From contig DASUFP010000041.1 of NCBI GenBank assembly GCA_036274495.1, forward strand, positions 627 to 64,626: 64,000 nt of DNA. The letters are read 5' to 3'. Shown in pieces: positions 19,227 through 29,931 of the stretch. This stretch comes from Bacteroidia bacterium (lineage in GTDB: Bacteria; Bacteroidota; Bacteroidia; AKYH767-A; OLB10). The notes beneath the pieces are model-generated. The model was not told where the DNA came from. It did no database searches and saw nothing but the letters and a program-made list of their open reading frames with translations. Position 1 is the stretch's first letter, and every line of letters starts with the position of its first letter. A program made the position numbers and the translations under genes.

Positions 19227-20084
19227 AAAATGGCCCGCAAAACCCTGCGGACCTCCTACATATCAACCGTTATCAGTATAGCGCTGGTCCTCTTTATGAT
19301 AGGGACGCTTGGGGTTTTGGTATTACATGCCAACCGGTTATCCAATTATTTGAAGGAGAACATTCAGCTGAATGTTACCTTGCTTCCGGACGCAGGCGAC
19401 CAGGATATTGAAAAATTACGGCAAACCCTTAAAAGTTCACCTGCAATACTTGATTTTGAGTATGTTACCAAGGACTCGGCAGCTGCGCAGCTTACACGTG
19501 AGCTGGGTGAGGATTTTGTATCGTTTTTAGGCTACAATCCATTGTTAGCGACATTTGATATCAGGCTCAATGCCGATTATGCGCAAACAGACAGTATTAA
19601 TCGTCTCAAATCGATAATCAGTTCCTCGCCGGCTGTTAAAGAAATACATTATCAGGAATCGCTCATACATTCGATCAACAAGAACGTCAGGACACTTGCC
19701 TTGATTATTTTAGGATTCAGTGCCTTGCTGTTATTTATTGCCGCCGCTCTTATCAACAACACCATTCGTATTTCGCTCTACTCAAAAAGGATGCTTATCA
19801 AAAGCATGAAGCTGGTTGGTGCAACGAGGGGTTTTATCAGAAAACCGTTTATGATAAGTGGTATTAAACAGGGCGTTTATGGTGCTGTAATAGCCAACTT
19901 GTTACTTGCCGGCATTTTGTATCTCGCCCGGGTTAAAATCCCCGAACTGGGAGCTATTCAGGATATTAATATGCTGCTTGTATTAATGGGCGGGGTTACC
20001 CTTATGGGAATATTCATTTCAGCAGTAAGCACACTGCTTGCCGTTAATAAGTACCTTCGTAAAAACTCAGAAGACCTTTACTAA
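19227..20084 (+). CDS. ftsX: Cell-division ABC-transporter permease FtsX. Start reassigned to MARKTLRTSY (alternative 19209); the track's start at 19167 lies upstream of the promoter motif.
   Basis: N-terminal cytoplasmic segment, TM1, large periplasmic loop, C-terminal 3 TM (KLVGATRGFIRKPF...); conserved position upstream of DUF3098 and uppP. Confidence 0.85.
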   Translation, partial: KMARKTLRTSYISTVISIALVLFMIGTLGVLVLHANRLSNYLKENIQLNVTLLPDAGDQDIEKLRQTLKSSPAILDFEYVTKDSAAAQLTRELGEDFVSFLGYNPLLATFDIRLNADYAQTDSINRLKSIISSSPAVKEIHYQESLIHSINKNVRTLALIILGFSALLLFIAAALINNTIRISLYSKRMLIKSMKLVGATRGFIRKPFMISGIKQGVYGAVIANLLLAGILYLARVKIPELGAIQDINMLLVLMGGVTLMGIFISAVSTLLAVNKYLRKNSEDLY

Positions 20085-20094
20085 AACTAAAACC

Positions 20095-20343
20095 ATGAGT
20101 AAAGTTAACAAAGAAAAAGTCAAAGGCGATTTCGCTTTCGGCAGAACCAATTACATCCTGATGCTTGCAGGTGTCGGGCTGATTGTTCTGGGATTTATCC
20201 TCATGTCAGGAGGTGGCACCGACAATCCGAATGAATTTAATGAAGCTGTATTCAGCACCCGCCGGATTACTATTGCGCCGATAGTTGTACTTGCCGGTTT
20301 TGCACTTGAAGTATTTGCCATTGTAAAAAAAGCAAACGACTGA
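20095..20343 (+). CDS. DUF3098 small membrane protein (82 aa).
   Basis: MSKVNKEKVKGDFAFGRTNYILMLAGVGLIVLGFILMSGGG... plus a second TM; conserved gene order with ftsX and uppP in Bacteroidetes. Confidence 0.6.
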   Translation: MSKVNKEKVKGDFAFGRTNYILMLAGVGLIVLGFILMSGGGTDNPNEFNEAVFSTRRITIAPIVVLAGFALEVFAIVKKAND

Positions 20344-20353
20344 ATTCTGAAAT

Positions 20354-21151
20354 ATGACAACCTGGGAAGCTGTTATTCTTGGCATTATTGAAGGTATTAC
20401 CGAATTTCTTCCTGTCTCTTCAACAGGACATATGATAATTGCTTCATCGCTGATGGGAATAGCTGAAGACAGTTTCACAAAAACATTTACTGTCAGCATT
20501 CAGTTTGGCGCGATACTATCGGTTGTGATTCTTTATTGGAAACGGTTTTTCCAGTCTGTCGATTTTTATCTGAAACTTTTTGTCGCTTTTATTCCCGCGG
20601 TTGTTTTCGGAATGTTGCTTAACGACTGGATTGATTCATTGCTTGGCAACGTAGCTGTGGTTGCATTTATGTTGCTTGCCGGGGGAATTTTTCTGGTTTT
20701 TATGGATAAGTTCATCAAGGAAAAAACAGAAATGACAGATGATGATATATCATACAAATCTGCATTTAAGATCGGAATGTTTCAGATTATGGCAATGGTG
20801 CCCGGCGTATCGAGATCTGCTGCCACAATAATTGGAGGGCTTGTTCAGGGATTGTCGCGTAAAACCGCAGCGGAGTTTTCATTTTTCCTGGCTGTGCCAA
20901 CGATGTTTGCCGCAATGGTGTACAAAATTTTTAAGTTCTACAAATCGGGGGTTATTATTCAGCAGGAACAAATTTCTTTATTGCTGATAGGTAACCTTAT
21001 TGCTTTTATTGTTGCCATTCTTGCGATCCGGTCGTTTATTGGAGTAATCACAAAATACGGCCTCAAAGTTTACGGTTATTACCGCATCGTTGTCGGTGTT
21101 TTGATCATTCTCATGATGATAATGGGAGTAGATCTGAAACTTGTGGATTAA
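20354..21151 (+). CDS. uppP: Undecaprenyl-diphosphatase (BacA/UppP).
   Basis: [22 protein letters not shown] and [13 protein letters not shown] motifs. Confidence 0.92.
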   Translation: MTTWEAVILGIIEGITEFLPVSSTGHMIIASSLMGIAEDSFTKTFTVSIQFGAILSVVILYWKRFFQSVDFYLKLFVAFIPAVVFGMLLNDWIDSLLGNVAVVAFMLLAGGIFLVFMDKFIKEKTEMTDDDISYKSAFKIGMFQIMAMVPGVSRSAATIIGGLVQGLSRKTAAEFSFFLAVPTMFAAMVYKIFKFYKSGVIIQQEQISLLLIGNLIAFIVAILAIRSFIGVITKYGLKVYGYYRIVVGVLIILMMIMGVDLKLVD

Positions 21152-21157
21152 TTCCTG

Positions 21158-21841
21158 ATGGATTTCGAAAACGGTGAGGTCCTTTTATTTGACAAGCCCT
21201 ACAAGTGGACTTCTTTTGATCTTGTCCGCAAAATAAGATATGTTACAAAAACCAAAAAAGTAGGACATGCGGGCACACTTGATCCGCTTGCCACAGGGCT
21301 GCTCATTATTTGCACAGGCAAAAAGACCAAAATAATAGATCAGATTCAGGGACAGGAAAAGGAGTATACCGGTTCTTTTTTCCTGGGCGCGACTACTCCT
21401 TGTTTCGATAAGGAACAGCCTGTAAACAATACCTTCCCTACCGATCATATAGGCAAAGCCGATATCCTCAAAGCCGCCGATCATTTTTGCGGAGAATTGC
21501 TTCAGATGCCTCCACCCTTTTCTGCCATACGCGTAGGTGGCAAGCGTGCTTACGAATTAGCACGACAGGGCAAAGAAGTCCCGCTGGAGCCGCGAAAAGT
21601 TACCATAACCACTTTTCAGATCACCTCCATTGAGTTGCCGCTTATCCATTTCAAAATTGTGTGCAGCAAGGGAACGTATATCCGGTCGCTGGCAAATGAT
21701 TTTGGTGTCTACCTTAAAAGTGGTGCTTACCTGAATGAGCTGTGCCGGACCAGGATTGGAATATATTCACTGGAAAATGCCACAAGCCCTGAAACATTTG
21801 AAGTTGCGGTGAAGGCCGCCAGAAATAGCATATCTGATTGA
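21158..21841 (+). CDS. truB: tRNA pseudouridine(55) synthase.
   Basis: KVGHAGTLDPLATGLLIICTGKKTK (catalytic Asp motif). Confidence 0.92.
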   Translation: MDFENGEVLLFDKPYKWTSFDLVRKIRYVTKTKKVGHAGTLDPLATGLLIICTGKKTKIIDQIQGQEKEYTGSFFLGATTPCFDKEQPVNNTFPTDHIGKADILKAADHFCGELLQMPPPFSAIRVGGKRAYELARQGKEVPLEPRKVTITTFQITSIELPLIHFKIVCSKGTYIRSLANDFGVYLKSGAYLNELCRTRIGIYSLENATSPETFEVAVKAARNSISD

Positions 21842-21970
21842 TATACTGTCTTTTGTGTTCTGTACGCGGATTGTTTTAAATCATCTTAATGTCTGATTTT
21901 CAGGTGATTTGAAAATCCGATTTTTGGCGATTTTGTTAATTTTGTGGTTCATTTTCAGCTAATTATAAGC

Positions 21971-21989
21971 CGTTTTGCTGAAACGGCCT
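21971..21989 (+). other. Perfect 7-bp hairpin in the truB-queA intergenic region (no T-run).
   Basis: GCCGTTT-TGCTG-AAACGGC; overlaps the -33 TTTG of the queA promoter. Confidence 0.3.
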
Positions 21990-21999
21990 GAACCTGTAC

Positions 22000-22007
22000 T
22001 ATCTTTG
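22000..22007 (+). promoter_or_regulatory. Bacteroidetes -7 promoter motif for queA (TATCTTTG), with -33 TTTG at 21974-21977.
   Basis: Match to TAnnTTTG 44 nt upstream of the queA ATG. Confidence 0.5.
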
Positions 22008-22050
22008 CACCCCGTTTTTAACGGATTTACTATTTAACATCACAACCTGT

Positions 22051-23100
22051 ATGAAACTGTCCCAGTTTAAATTCAACATCAGTGAAAATTTACTTGCCAA
22101 CCACCCCTCAGCAAATCGGGACGAATCGCGTTTGATGGTTGTTGACCGTTCAACGGGAAAAATTGAACATAAGGTTTTCAAGGATATCCTCAATTATTTC
22201 AGCGAGGATGATGTAATGATTTTGAACAATACCCGGGTATTTCCTGCCAGATTGTATGGTAACAAGGAAAAAACCGGTGCCAAGATTGAGGTTTTTCTGT
22301 TGCGTGAACTTAACAGGGAAAGCAAACTCTGGGATGTACTGGTTGATCCGGCACGAAAAATCAGGATCGGCAACAAGTTATACTTCGGTGAAAATGATAT
22401 GCTGGTTGCCGAAGTAATCGACAACACCACCTCAAGAGGGAGAACTCTCCGCTTTCTTTTTGATGGAACGCCTGAAGAGTTTCGTAATACCATTGAAATT
22501 CTCGGTCATACTCCTTTGCCAAAATATATCAAGCGTAAAGCGGAACCTGCCGACAAGGATCGCTACCAGACTGTTTTTGCAAAACATGAAGGAGCGGTTG
22601 CAGCACCCACGGCGGGATTGCATTTCAGCAGGGAGCTGCTAAAGCGGCTGGAGCTGAAAGGTGTCCACATGGCTGAAGTAACTTTACACGTAGGCCTTGG
22701 TACTTTCAGGCCGGTAGAAGTTGAGGATTTAACCAAGCACAAGATGGATTCGGAACAGTTTATCATTCCTCAATCTGCGTCCGATATTGTAAATAAAGCA
22801 AAAGCAAAGAAGAAGCGTATTTGTGCTATCGGTACTACCAGTATGCGTGCAATCGAGTCATCGGTGAGTACCATGGGTGAATTAAAACCTGCATCGGGAT
22901 GGACAAACAAGTTTATTTTTCCTCCTTATGATTTTTCAGTTGCCAATTGCATGGTGACTAATTTCCATATGCCTGAATCTACTTTGTTAATGATGACAGC
23001 CGCTTTTGGCGGATACGATTTGATAATGCAGGCATATAAAACCGCCATCAAAGAAAAATATCGCTTTTTCAGTTATGGCGATGCGATGCTTATTATCTGA
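22051..23100 (+). CDS. queA: S-adenosylmethionine:tRNA ribosyltransferase-isomerase.
   Basis: Full-length 349 aa; ...[11 protein letters not shown]..., typical QueA. Confidence 0.95.
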   Translation: MKLSQFKFNISENLLANHPSANRDESRLMVVDRSTGKIEHKVFKDILNYFSEDDVMILNNTRVFPARLYGNKEKTGAKIEVFLLRELNRESKLWDVLVDPARKIRIGNKLYFGENDMLVAEVIDNTTSRGRTLRFLFDGTPEEFRNTIEILGHTPLPKYIKRKAEPADKDRYQTVFAKHEGAVAAPTAGLHFSRELLKRLELKGVHMAEVTLHVGLGTFRPVEVEDLTKHKMDSEQFIIPQSASDIVNKAKAKKKRICAIGTTSMRAIESSVSTMGELKPASGWTNKFIFPPYDFSVANCMVTNFHMPESTLLMMTAAFGGYDLIMQAYKTAIKEKYRFFSYGDAMLII

Positions 23101-23109
23101 TAACAGCTA

Positions 23110-23769
23110 TTGAAAAAGTTCGCTGTACTGGTAGCCGGCGGGCATGGGGCCCGAATGGGAAATGAACTTCCTAAACAGTTTTTACCCCTTTGCGGAAAGC
23201 CCATTTTACTGCAAACGCTGTTAAAATTCGCCGATGAAGCGGACGAAATACTGCTTGTTCTGCCGGCTTCCCATATAGACTTCTGGAACGATCAGCAGTT
23301 GCATTTTGATACGCATGTGCAACACCGTGTAGTTGCCGGAGGAAATACCCGTACCGAATCGGTAAAAAACGCTCTTTCGGTTTTACCTGAACAGGGAGTT
23401 GTTGCCATCCACGATGCTGTAAGACCTTTAGTTTCCAAAAGTTTAATTCAGGCAGCCTTTGCGACTGCTGTCCAATATGGCAGTGCCGTACCCATGATTG
23501 AAGTCAGAGAATCGCTTCGCATCAAGAAAGGAACCGATACGGTTGCTGTAAACCGTGAAGATTATTTGGCTGTGCAAACTCCCCAGTGTTTTGATTTATC
23601 CCGAATCAAGACTGCATATAAATCACTTGAAAGCACCTATTCGGATGATGCAAGCGTATTTAGTGCAGCAGGAAATAAAATCAAATCAATAAAAGGGGAT
23701 CCTTCCAATATAAAAATTACCTATAAGGAAGATTTGCTGTTTGCAACTGCCTATCTGCAACAGGCCTGA
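23110..23769 (+). CDS. ispD: 2-C-methyl-D-erythritol 4-phosphate cytidylyltransferase (TTG start).
   Basis: VLVAGGHGARMGNELPKQFL (P-loop-like nucleotide-binding motif); 9 nt after the queA stop, so probably a queA-ispD operon. Confidence 0.85.
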   Translation: MKKFAVLVAGGHGARMGNELPKQFLPLCGKPILLQTLLKFADEADEILLVLPASHIDFWNDQQLHFDTHVQHRVVAGGNTRTESVKNALSVLPEQGVVAIHDAVRPLVSKSLIQAAFATAVQYGSAVPMIEVRESLRIKKGTDTVAVNREDYLAVQTPQCFDLSRIKTAYKSLESTYSDDASVFSAAGNKIKSIKGDPSNIKITYKEDLLFATAYLQQA

Positions 23770-23782
23770 TAAATGAGAGGGA

Positions 23783-23810
23783 ATGATTTCCTCGCGAATA
23801 TCATTCTATG
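23783..23810 (+). terminator. Probable terminator after ispD.
   Basis: GAATGAT-12-nt loop-ATCATTC stem followed by a T-rich stretch (weak T-run). Confidence 0.35.
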
Positions 23811-23935
23811 ATAACTTTCCTGTTTTTTATGCGTTTAACAAAGCCACAGGGAACGTTTTCATAGACTCTTTTAACATTTCAATGTTAAAAACAGAGTGAA
23901 ACACAACCTGTTATACCTGGATATTATAGGTAAAC

Positions 23936-25516
23936 TTGCCGGAGAAAATGAATAAAATCAACGCTACTGCATCTGCATTTCTCCTGATGGCCCTTTTACT
24001 GGCAGCAGGAAAACCTGTATGCGCCCAGCCTACTCCTGTTTCTGATGATTTTAAGACTGAGATTGTCCCCGGGCTGGTGGAACACGATGATGACATAAGA
24101 GCCGGACTGCTATATGATGCTGTGACTAAGAAAATTGTCTGGGAAAAGGATATGTATTATGCTTATCCAATTGCATCGTTGACCAAAATGATGGTTGCCC
24201 TTATTACGCTTGAGGCGATAAGAGACAGTGCTGCAGACTGGTCCGATGAAGTTGTAGTCGACCGTCTTTATAAAAGAAGCCGGAGAAGCAGTTCGGTCTA
24301 TAAAACAACCGAAACGTACACCCTTGAATCGCTTTTGCAGCTGGCCATGATTCCTTCAAACAATCTTGCATGCGGCGACATTGCAAAATACCTGGGTGGA
24401 TCGGTAGATGAATTTGTAAAGAAGATGAATGCCCGTGCAGCAGCACTGGGCATGAAAAACACCTTTTATTCGAATCCCAGTGGTTTGCCCGCATCTGTAA
24501 AAGATCTTGACAACAGCTCTTCGCCCCATGACCTGCTGCTGCTTTCGCTCGAATTACTTCACTACGATGAATTACTTCAGATAACTTCAACAGGATATGC
24601 TGAAGTAAAAAATGATAAGCGTTCGGGTGTATACAAAAATCACAATCATCTTGTAATTGATTATGAAAATGATGTTGACGGGTTAAAGACAGGCTATACA
24701 AAACGTGCGCGCTTTTGTCTTACTGCAACAGCAAAAAAAGATGATTACAGAATAATTGCCATTGTACTTGGGGTACCAAATCCCTACCAGAGAAACGAAA
24801 TTGTGGCGGGTATGTTCAACAAATACTACCAGCAAATAGGCTGCGGCCCGATGCTCTCTTCAACTTCGGGCCCGGTTGCCGATCCGGGTTTGGTAACGGA
24901 AGCTTTGACCGCTTCGGACGACAGTTCCATAGTATACCGGACCGTGTGGACGAAAAAAAGAAAGACGCATACTGTCAGAAGCGGCGAATCGCTCTCCTCT
25001 ATCGGATCCAAATACAAAGTCACCTATCAGCAAATAAAAAAGTGGAATCATTTGCGATCAAACAGAATTCTTTCCGGTCAGAAATTGCTGGTGTATGTTG
25101 ATACTCCCGTTAAAGTTGCTGTTAAGAATACTCCTGCTTCGGACAATGAGGACGAAACTGTTCAAGATAGCGACCCGGGTTCTGTAGAGACTGTTGGTGC
25201 CGATGCCGCACTTGCCGACAGTGATGATGTGTCTACAACAACGACCGCAAAGCCTTCGACCAAGCCTGAAACAACCAAAAAAGTTGCTGCCGCTAAAAAG
25301 CCTTCTGCAACATCCGCATCAGCAGTATCAGCTAAAAAAGCGGCCCCGGTTCCCGCGCAAAAATATGTTTACCACATAGTACAATCGGGCGACACATTAT
25401 GGAGTATCGGCCAGCGATATGAAACATCGGTAGATGAGATCAAACGCACGAACAATATTCAAAACGCACGCTCATTAAAACCCGGCACACGACTAAAAAT
25501 TAAAATTGGCGGATAA
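23936..25516 (+). CDS. D-alanyl-D-alanine carboxypeptidase (S11, PBP5/6-like) with two C-terminal LysM domains (alternative start at 23948).
   Basis: Signal peptide; ASLTKMM (SxxK), SGN and KTG motifs; low-complexity Ala/Ser/Lys-rich linker; LysM repeats (HTVRSGESLSSIGSKYKV..., YHIVQSGDTLWSIGQRYETSVDEI...). Confidence 0.8.
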   Translation: MPEKMNKINATASAFLLMALLLAAGKPVCAQPTPVSDDFKTEIVPGLVEHDDDIRAGLLYDAVTKKIVWEKDMYYAYPIASLTKMMVALITLEAIRDSAADWSDEVVVDRLYKRSRRSSSVYKTTETYTLESLLQLAMIPSNNLACGDIAKYLGGSVDEFVKKMNARAAALGMKNTFYSNPSGLPASVKDLDNSSSPHDLLLLSLELLHYDELLQITSTGYAEVKNDKRSGVYKNHNHLVIDYENDVDGLKTGYTKRARFCLTATAKKDDYRIIAIVLGVPNPYQRNEIVAGMFNKYYQQIGCGPMLSSTSGPVADPGLVTEALTASDDSSIVYRTVWTKKRKTHTVRSGESLSSIGSKYKVTYQQIKKWNHLRSNRILSGQKLLVYVDTPVKVAVKNTPASDNEDETVQDSDPGSVETVGADAALADSDDVSTTTTAKPSTKPETTKKVAAAKKPSATSASAVSAKKAAPVPAQKYVYHIVQSGDTLWSIGQRYETSVDEIKRTNNIQNARSLKPGTRLKIKIGG

Positions 25517-25534
25517 CCAACTCTTCCTCATTCG

Positions 25535-26107
25535 ATGATAAAACCAATTTTCATTCTCCTGGCAGCAGCAACAGTTTTAATTGCTGCTCCTTCGTTCGCA
25601 CAAAAATCAAAAGAAGAACCTGTGCAGGTTGTTATTCCCAAAGACAAAGACACCGGACTCTATTCCTATTCAGGAGTTGTTGATGTTAGCGGAACAACGA
25701 AAGATGAATTATATAACCGTGCCATAGCATGGGTACAGTTGTATTATAAAAATCCGGGTGACGTATTACGTGAGAAAGACCCTGCATCAGGGAAAATGGT
25801 TATCAAAGCCCGTTTCAAAATATACAATCCGGCTGATAAAAAGGGGTTAGCAACCGATGCCGGTGATGTGATGTACACACTTACCATTCAGTTTAAAGAT
25901 GGTAAATACCGGTATGAACTTACACGGTTTACCTGGATGCTTACCTCGGCATTTGCGGCCGAACGATGGGCGGACAAAAGCTCTTCCTCTTATAAATCCG
26001 AATTCGATCACTACCTTACACAAACAGATGCAAAAGCGTCGGAAGTTCTTTTGGCTTTGAAAAAAGGGATGACCACCTCGCCCGAAAAAAAGAAAGACGA
26101 TTGGTAG
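25535..26107 (+). CDS. Secreted hypothetical protein, DUF4468-like.
   Basis: Signal peptide; GLYSYSGVVDVSGTTKDELYNRAIAWV... resembles DUF4468 (assignment from memory). Confidence 0.45.
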   Translation: MIKPIFILLAAATVLIAAPSFAQKSKEEPVQVVIPKDKDTGLYSYSGVVDVSGTTKDELYNRAIAWVQLYYKNPGDVLREKDPASGKMVIKARFKIYNPADKKGLATDAGDVMYTLTIQFKDGKYRYELTRFTWMLTSAFAAERWADKSSSSYKSEFDHYLTQTDAKASEVLLALKKGMTTSPEKKKDDW

Positions 26108-26196
26108 CCGGTTTGTAATTTTTTTATGAATTGTTGAAATAGCTTCCTTTCCTTTTCTATATTTACTTCACAACCTCCTACATTATCATGTGAAGT

Positions 26197-27600
26197 ATGA
26201 AAAAAATTTACCCTCTTTCAATAATAATGCTGTTGACTTTAAGGTCATTTGCAACTATCCTGAACGTTCCTTCCGGTTATCCCACCATTCAGAATGCTAT
26301 CAATAATTCAATGGCCGGGGACACCGTTTCCGTATCTCCGGGTACTTACTTTGAGAATATCAATTTCAGAGGTAAAAACATTGTTGTAACCAGTCACTAT
26401 TATTTATCCTCTGACACCTCCTTTATCAGAACAACCATACTGAATGGCAGTCAGCCCGTGTATGCAGATACAGGCAGTGTAGTCATTTTTAATTCGGGAG
26501 AGGATAGTACAGCCGTATTACAAGGTTTTACCATTACCGGCGGTTTTGGTACCCGATGGACCGATGTGCACGGCGCGGGAGTATATCGTGAAGGAGGAGG
26601 CATACTGATTGAATTTTCGGCACCAACTATTACACACAACAACATTTCGAATAATCTGGTAACTGATTTGAACGGAGTTATTTCAACCGGAGGCGGAGGG
26701 CTTCGCATTGGCGACAGCAACCCGGTTATTTGCAGCAATTTTATTGGATATAATCAGGCCAGATATGGTTCAGGAATCGTGCTCAATTATACGGGCGCTC
26801 ACATCACCAATAACGTAATTGCATCAAATTTCGGAGCTGCCGATTATTATGGCGGAGCCGGTATTTGGATAGTTAATAACTTACCAGGATCGGCAAAAAT
26901 CATTGAAAACAATACAATTGTTGATAATGAAGCTAACTTATCTACGAATGGTTCCGGAGGGGTGGTTGTTTGGTCAGCGTCTTCGGTAACGATGAAAAAC
27001 AATATCATTTATAACAATTTAGCTCCTTCAGGACTGCAAATAAAACTTGCATCCTCCACACCATCGGTTACCTATTGTGATGTCATGGGAGGTTTTACCG
27101 GCTCAGGGAATTTTGATGCTGATCCGTTATTCGAACCCGGCGGTAATTATCTTTCACCGACTTCTCCCTGTATTGATGCCGGCGACAGCAGCACAGCATA
27201 CAATGATGTAGAAGACCTGCTCAATCCCGGCTTTGCCTTGTTCCCGTCTAAAGGGATGGTGAGAAATGATGTAGGTGCTTATGGCGGACCATGCGCAGCG
27301 ATACTGCAAACGGTAAATAATTCCTTATCGCTGAATGATGCTTATGCGCTGTATCACTTTAATTTGTTTCCTGTTCCGGCAACGAGTTATATAAAACTCT
27401 CCAGTTCATCACTCATTCCGGAACATACATTTTATTTGATCTTTGATCTTGCAGGCAAACAAATTAAAAGCGGTATGCTGCCGGATTCAGAAAATGAAAT
27501 TTTAATTGACCTCCCAGAGTTGACCAGCGGACACTATTTTGTCCGTTTACAAAATGGCGAATCGCTGCTCACGCAAAAAAGTTTCCAGATAATCCGGTAA
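26197..27600 (+). CDS. Right-handed parallel beta-helix (pectin-lyase-fold) protein with a T9SS type A CTD.
   Basis: Signal peptide; beta-helix repeats (NNISNNLV, ITNNVIASN, IENNTIVDNEA, MKNNIIYNN); C-terminal LFPVPATSYIKLSS...HYFVRLQNG...FQIIR Por-secretion tail. Confidence 0.7.
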   Translation: MKKIYPLSIIMLLTLRSFATILNVPSGYPTIQNAINNSMAGDTVSVSPGTYFENINFRGKNIVVTSHYYLSSDTSFIRTTILNGSQPVYADTGSVVIFNSGEDSTAVLQGFTITGGFGTRWTDVHGAGVYREGGGILIEFSAPTITHNNISNNLVTDLNGVISTGGGGLRIGDSNPVICSNFIGYNQARYGSGIVLNYTGAHITNNVIASNFGAADYYGGAGIWIVNNLPGSAKIIENNTIVDNEANLSTNGSGGVVVWSASSVTMKNNIIYNNLAPSGLQIKLASSTPSVTYCDVMGGFTGSGNFDADPLFEPGGNYLSPTSPCIDAGDSSTAYNDVEDLLNPGFALFPSKGMVRNDVGAYGGPCAAILQTVNNSLSLNDAYALYHFNLFPVPATSYIKLSSSSLIPEHTFYLIFDLAGKQIKSGMLPDSENEILIDLPELTSGHYFVRLQNGESLLTQKSFQIIR

Positions 27601-27614
27601 CTAAGCCAGACTCG

Positions 27615-28781
27615 TCAAATTATTCTCATTGTATTCTGCCATTGACTGATTTCGTCGCATTGATCAGTTTCAATGAGCACACAGCCGGGTGCATTGCCTT
27701 TTGTAAAACTCCCCAGGTCGCTCCATCCAAAATACTGCGCGCCATTGCGGGTTGCCCATGTAAGCATATCGGCACCGTTAATCTTCGGATATTCAGAGTG
27801 AATTGTTTTAAGCTCGTCCAGCATGTTCAATGAATTGTTGGATGCAAGGCTGTCGGTGCCAATTGTTAAACGGATTCCTGAATCCATAAGCATCGGGATA
27901 TCCGGCAGTCTACCCTCTATATACTGATTTGCTTTAGGACAAAGCGCCATCCAGCTTCTGTTGAGCAAACCGTTTTTTGAAATCAGTTCCAGATCTTCTT
28001 TTGTTGCAACAGTATTGTGAACAAAAAGCAGATTGCCATTTGAAGGGACATGGGATAAACAATACCCAAATGCATCTGTAGTTAGTAATGGAAGTGCATT
28101 CGTGTTAATTCCCATTTCGGCAAAGACTTCGGCAAATTTCCCTTCACCTTGCCGGAACAACCTATTTTCGGCATTAGACTCCTGACTGTGTATGCTCCAT
28201 GGAGCATGAGTAGGGTGATGCGAAGCGATCAGGTTAAAGAGCGCCGGAGGAACGGAGTAGGGAGCATGCGGCACAACACTGGCTGCCAATCCCGACAAAA
28301 TAAATTGTTCACATAGCGCATTGGCGGCATCAAACAATTCGGCTGACTTACTTTCATCGAGTCCGAAGACTTCAATAAAATTATGCCATCTGATTGGTGA
28401 TCCCTTTTTAATATTTACCGTATTTGCCCTGTTACAAATATCGCCTGCTCCCTGTATTCCCTGATTCCACATTTCACCGGCAGCATTGATGGCGGCATTT
28501 TCAATTTGCTCTTCCGGAGCTTCTCTGCGCTGTTTTGAAAAATCTCTGATAAACCCCGGAAGAGTTGTTCCCCGGGGGATGGCGTTTTTTAAATAAGATA
28601 ATTCGAGATGGCAATGCGTATTAATAAACCCCGGTATAATTATTCCATTGAACCGTTCAACATCTTCTGATCCGGAATCCTCCGTAATATCAAGCAGTTT
28701 TCCGGTATCATCAAACAGGAGCATCTGGCCTGACACAAAACATCCTGTTGGTAACAAAATCCGGTCGGCCGTGATCTTACG
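27615..28781 (-). CDS. Amidohydrolase-family metal-dependent hydrolase (chlorohydrolase/deaminase-like). Start reassigned to MMRKITADRIL; the track ORF runs to 28898 and overlaps the rlmN N-terminus.
   Basis: IIIPGFINTHCHLELSYL (HxH metal-binding motif), ...HVPSNGNLLFVHN..., C-terminal ...TIGTDSLASNNSLNMLDE (Asp ligand). Confidence 0.75.
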   Translation of the reverse strand, partial: RKITADRILLPTGCFVSGQMLLFDDTGKLLDITEDSGSEDVERFNGIIIPGFINTHCHLELSYLKNAIPRGTTLPGFIRDFSKQRREAPEEQIENAAINAAGEMWNQGIQGAGDICNRANTVNIKKGSPIRWHNFIEVFGLDESKSAELFDAANALCEQFILSGLAASVVPHAPYSVPPALFNLIASHHPTHAPWSIHSQESNAENRLFRQGEGKFAEVFAEMGINTNALPLLTTDAFGYCLSHVPSNGNLLFVHNTVATKEDLELISKNGLLNRSWMALCPKANQYIEGRLPDIPMLMDSGIRLTIGTDSLASNNSLNMLDELKTIHSEYPKINGADMLTWATRNGAQYFGWSDLGSFTKGNAPGCVLIETDQCDEISQWQNTMRII

Positions 28782-28861
28782 CATCATACAAAGGTGTGAA
28801 ATACATTCGAAACCACCCATTTCTGGCAGATCGATGCCGGATAGCGTATCTTTGCAATACC

Positions 28862-29917
28862 ATGAACACCTCTTTACCGGACATCCGGAACATGACAATC
28901 AGCGAGTTGACGGAAGTATTCGCGGGGCTCGGCGAAAAATCTTACCGTGCCCAGCAGGTATATGACTGGCTATGGCAGAAATCGGCGAATTCATTTGATG
29001 AGATGACCAATTTATCAAAGGAATTACGCGACAGATTATCAGGTGTTCTGGCAATAAGACCCGTGGTTATCGCTACCAGTCAGGTAAGCAGCGACAGAAC
29101 CATCAAAAATGCATTCAGGTTGCACGATGGTCACATTGTAGAAGGTGTATTAATTCCAACGGATGAACGTATGACTGCGTGTGTATCGTCGCAGGTAGGA
29201 TGCAGCTTAACATGTAAATTTTGTGCTACCGGCCGTCTGGACCGTATCCGCAATCTTGACGCGGGAGAAATTTACGATCAGGTAGCAATGATACGTAAAC
29301 AGGCGGCTGACAACTATTCTATTCCGCTTTCAAACATTGTGTATATGGGAATGGGAGAACCACTCCTGAATTATAATAATGTATTGCGTTCCATTGAACT
29401 GATTACCTCACAGCCCGGTTTAGGTATGGCTCAGCGCAGAATTACAGTGAGTACAGCCGGCATCGCTAAAATGATTAAGAAGCTTGGCGACGATCAGGTA
29501 AAATTTAATCTTGCATTATCGCTACATGCAGCCAATGATGAAAAACGAAATAAGATTATGCCAATCAATGAGCATAACTCGCTTTCTTCACTCCGGGAAG
29601 CGTTGATATACTACCATCAAAAAACAGGTAATGCGGTTACTTACGAGTATATTGTTTTTAAGGATTTTAATGATAGTGCTGCCGACGCACGTGAATTAGC
29701 GGAGTTTGCGAAAATTGTTCCGGTAAAAATAAATCTGATTGAATACAACCCTATTGATGGGGGAGCCTTTCAGCAGACAACAGAAACACGACTTGAGGCT
29801 TTTAAAAATATCTTATGGCGAAACGGATTTCAGGTAAATCTTCGCCGAAGCAGAGGTAAAGATATTGATGCCGCCTGCGGACAGCTGGCAAACAAGAGTG
29901 TAGCGGGCAGCCGATAG
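28862..29917 (+). CDS. rlmN: 23S rRNA (adenine2503-C2)/tRNA methyltransferase RlmN (radical SAM). Start reassigned to MNTSLPD (alternative 28892); the track starts at 28796.
   Basis: CVSSQVGCSLTCKFCATG (CxxxCxxC radical-SAM cluster), MGMGEPLLNY, ...ACGQL (C-terminal Cys). Confidence 0.9.
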   Translation: MNTSLPDIRNMTISELTEVFAGLGEKSYRAQQVYDWLWQKSANSFDEMTNLSKELRDRLSGVLAIRPVVIATSQVSSDRTIKNAFRLHDGHIVEGVLIPTDERMTACVSSQVGCSLTCKFCATGRLDRIRNLDAGEIYDQVAMIRKQAADNYSIPLSNIVYMGMGEPLLNYNNVLRSIELITSQPGLGMAQRRITVSTAGIAKMIKKLGDDQVKFNLALSLHAANDEKRNKIMPINEHNSLSSLREALIYYHQKTGNAVTYEYIVFKDFNDSAADARELAEFAKIVPVKINLIEYNPIDGGAFQQTTETRLEAFKNILWRNGFQVNLRRSRGKDIDAACGQLANKSVAGSR

Positions 29918-29931
29918 GCCATCACCCCGTT

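Noticed and set aside
27615-28898. Apparent 103-nt overlap between the amidohydrolase (minus) and rlmN (plus) ORFs
   Set aside because: It is an artefact of longest-ORF calling. The first 39 aa of the minus ORF and the first 22-32 aa of the plus ORF are not protein-like. Internal Met starts (28781 and 28862) remove the overlap and leave an 80-bp divergent promoter region.
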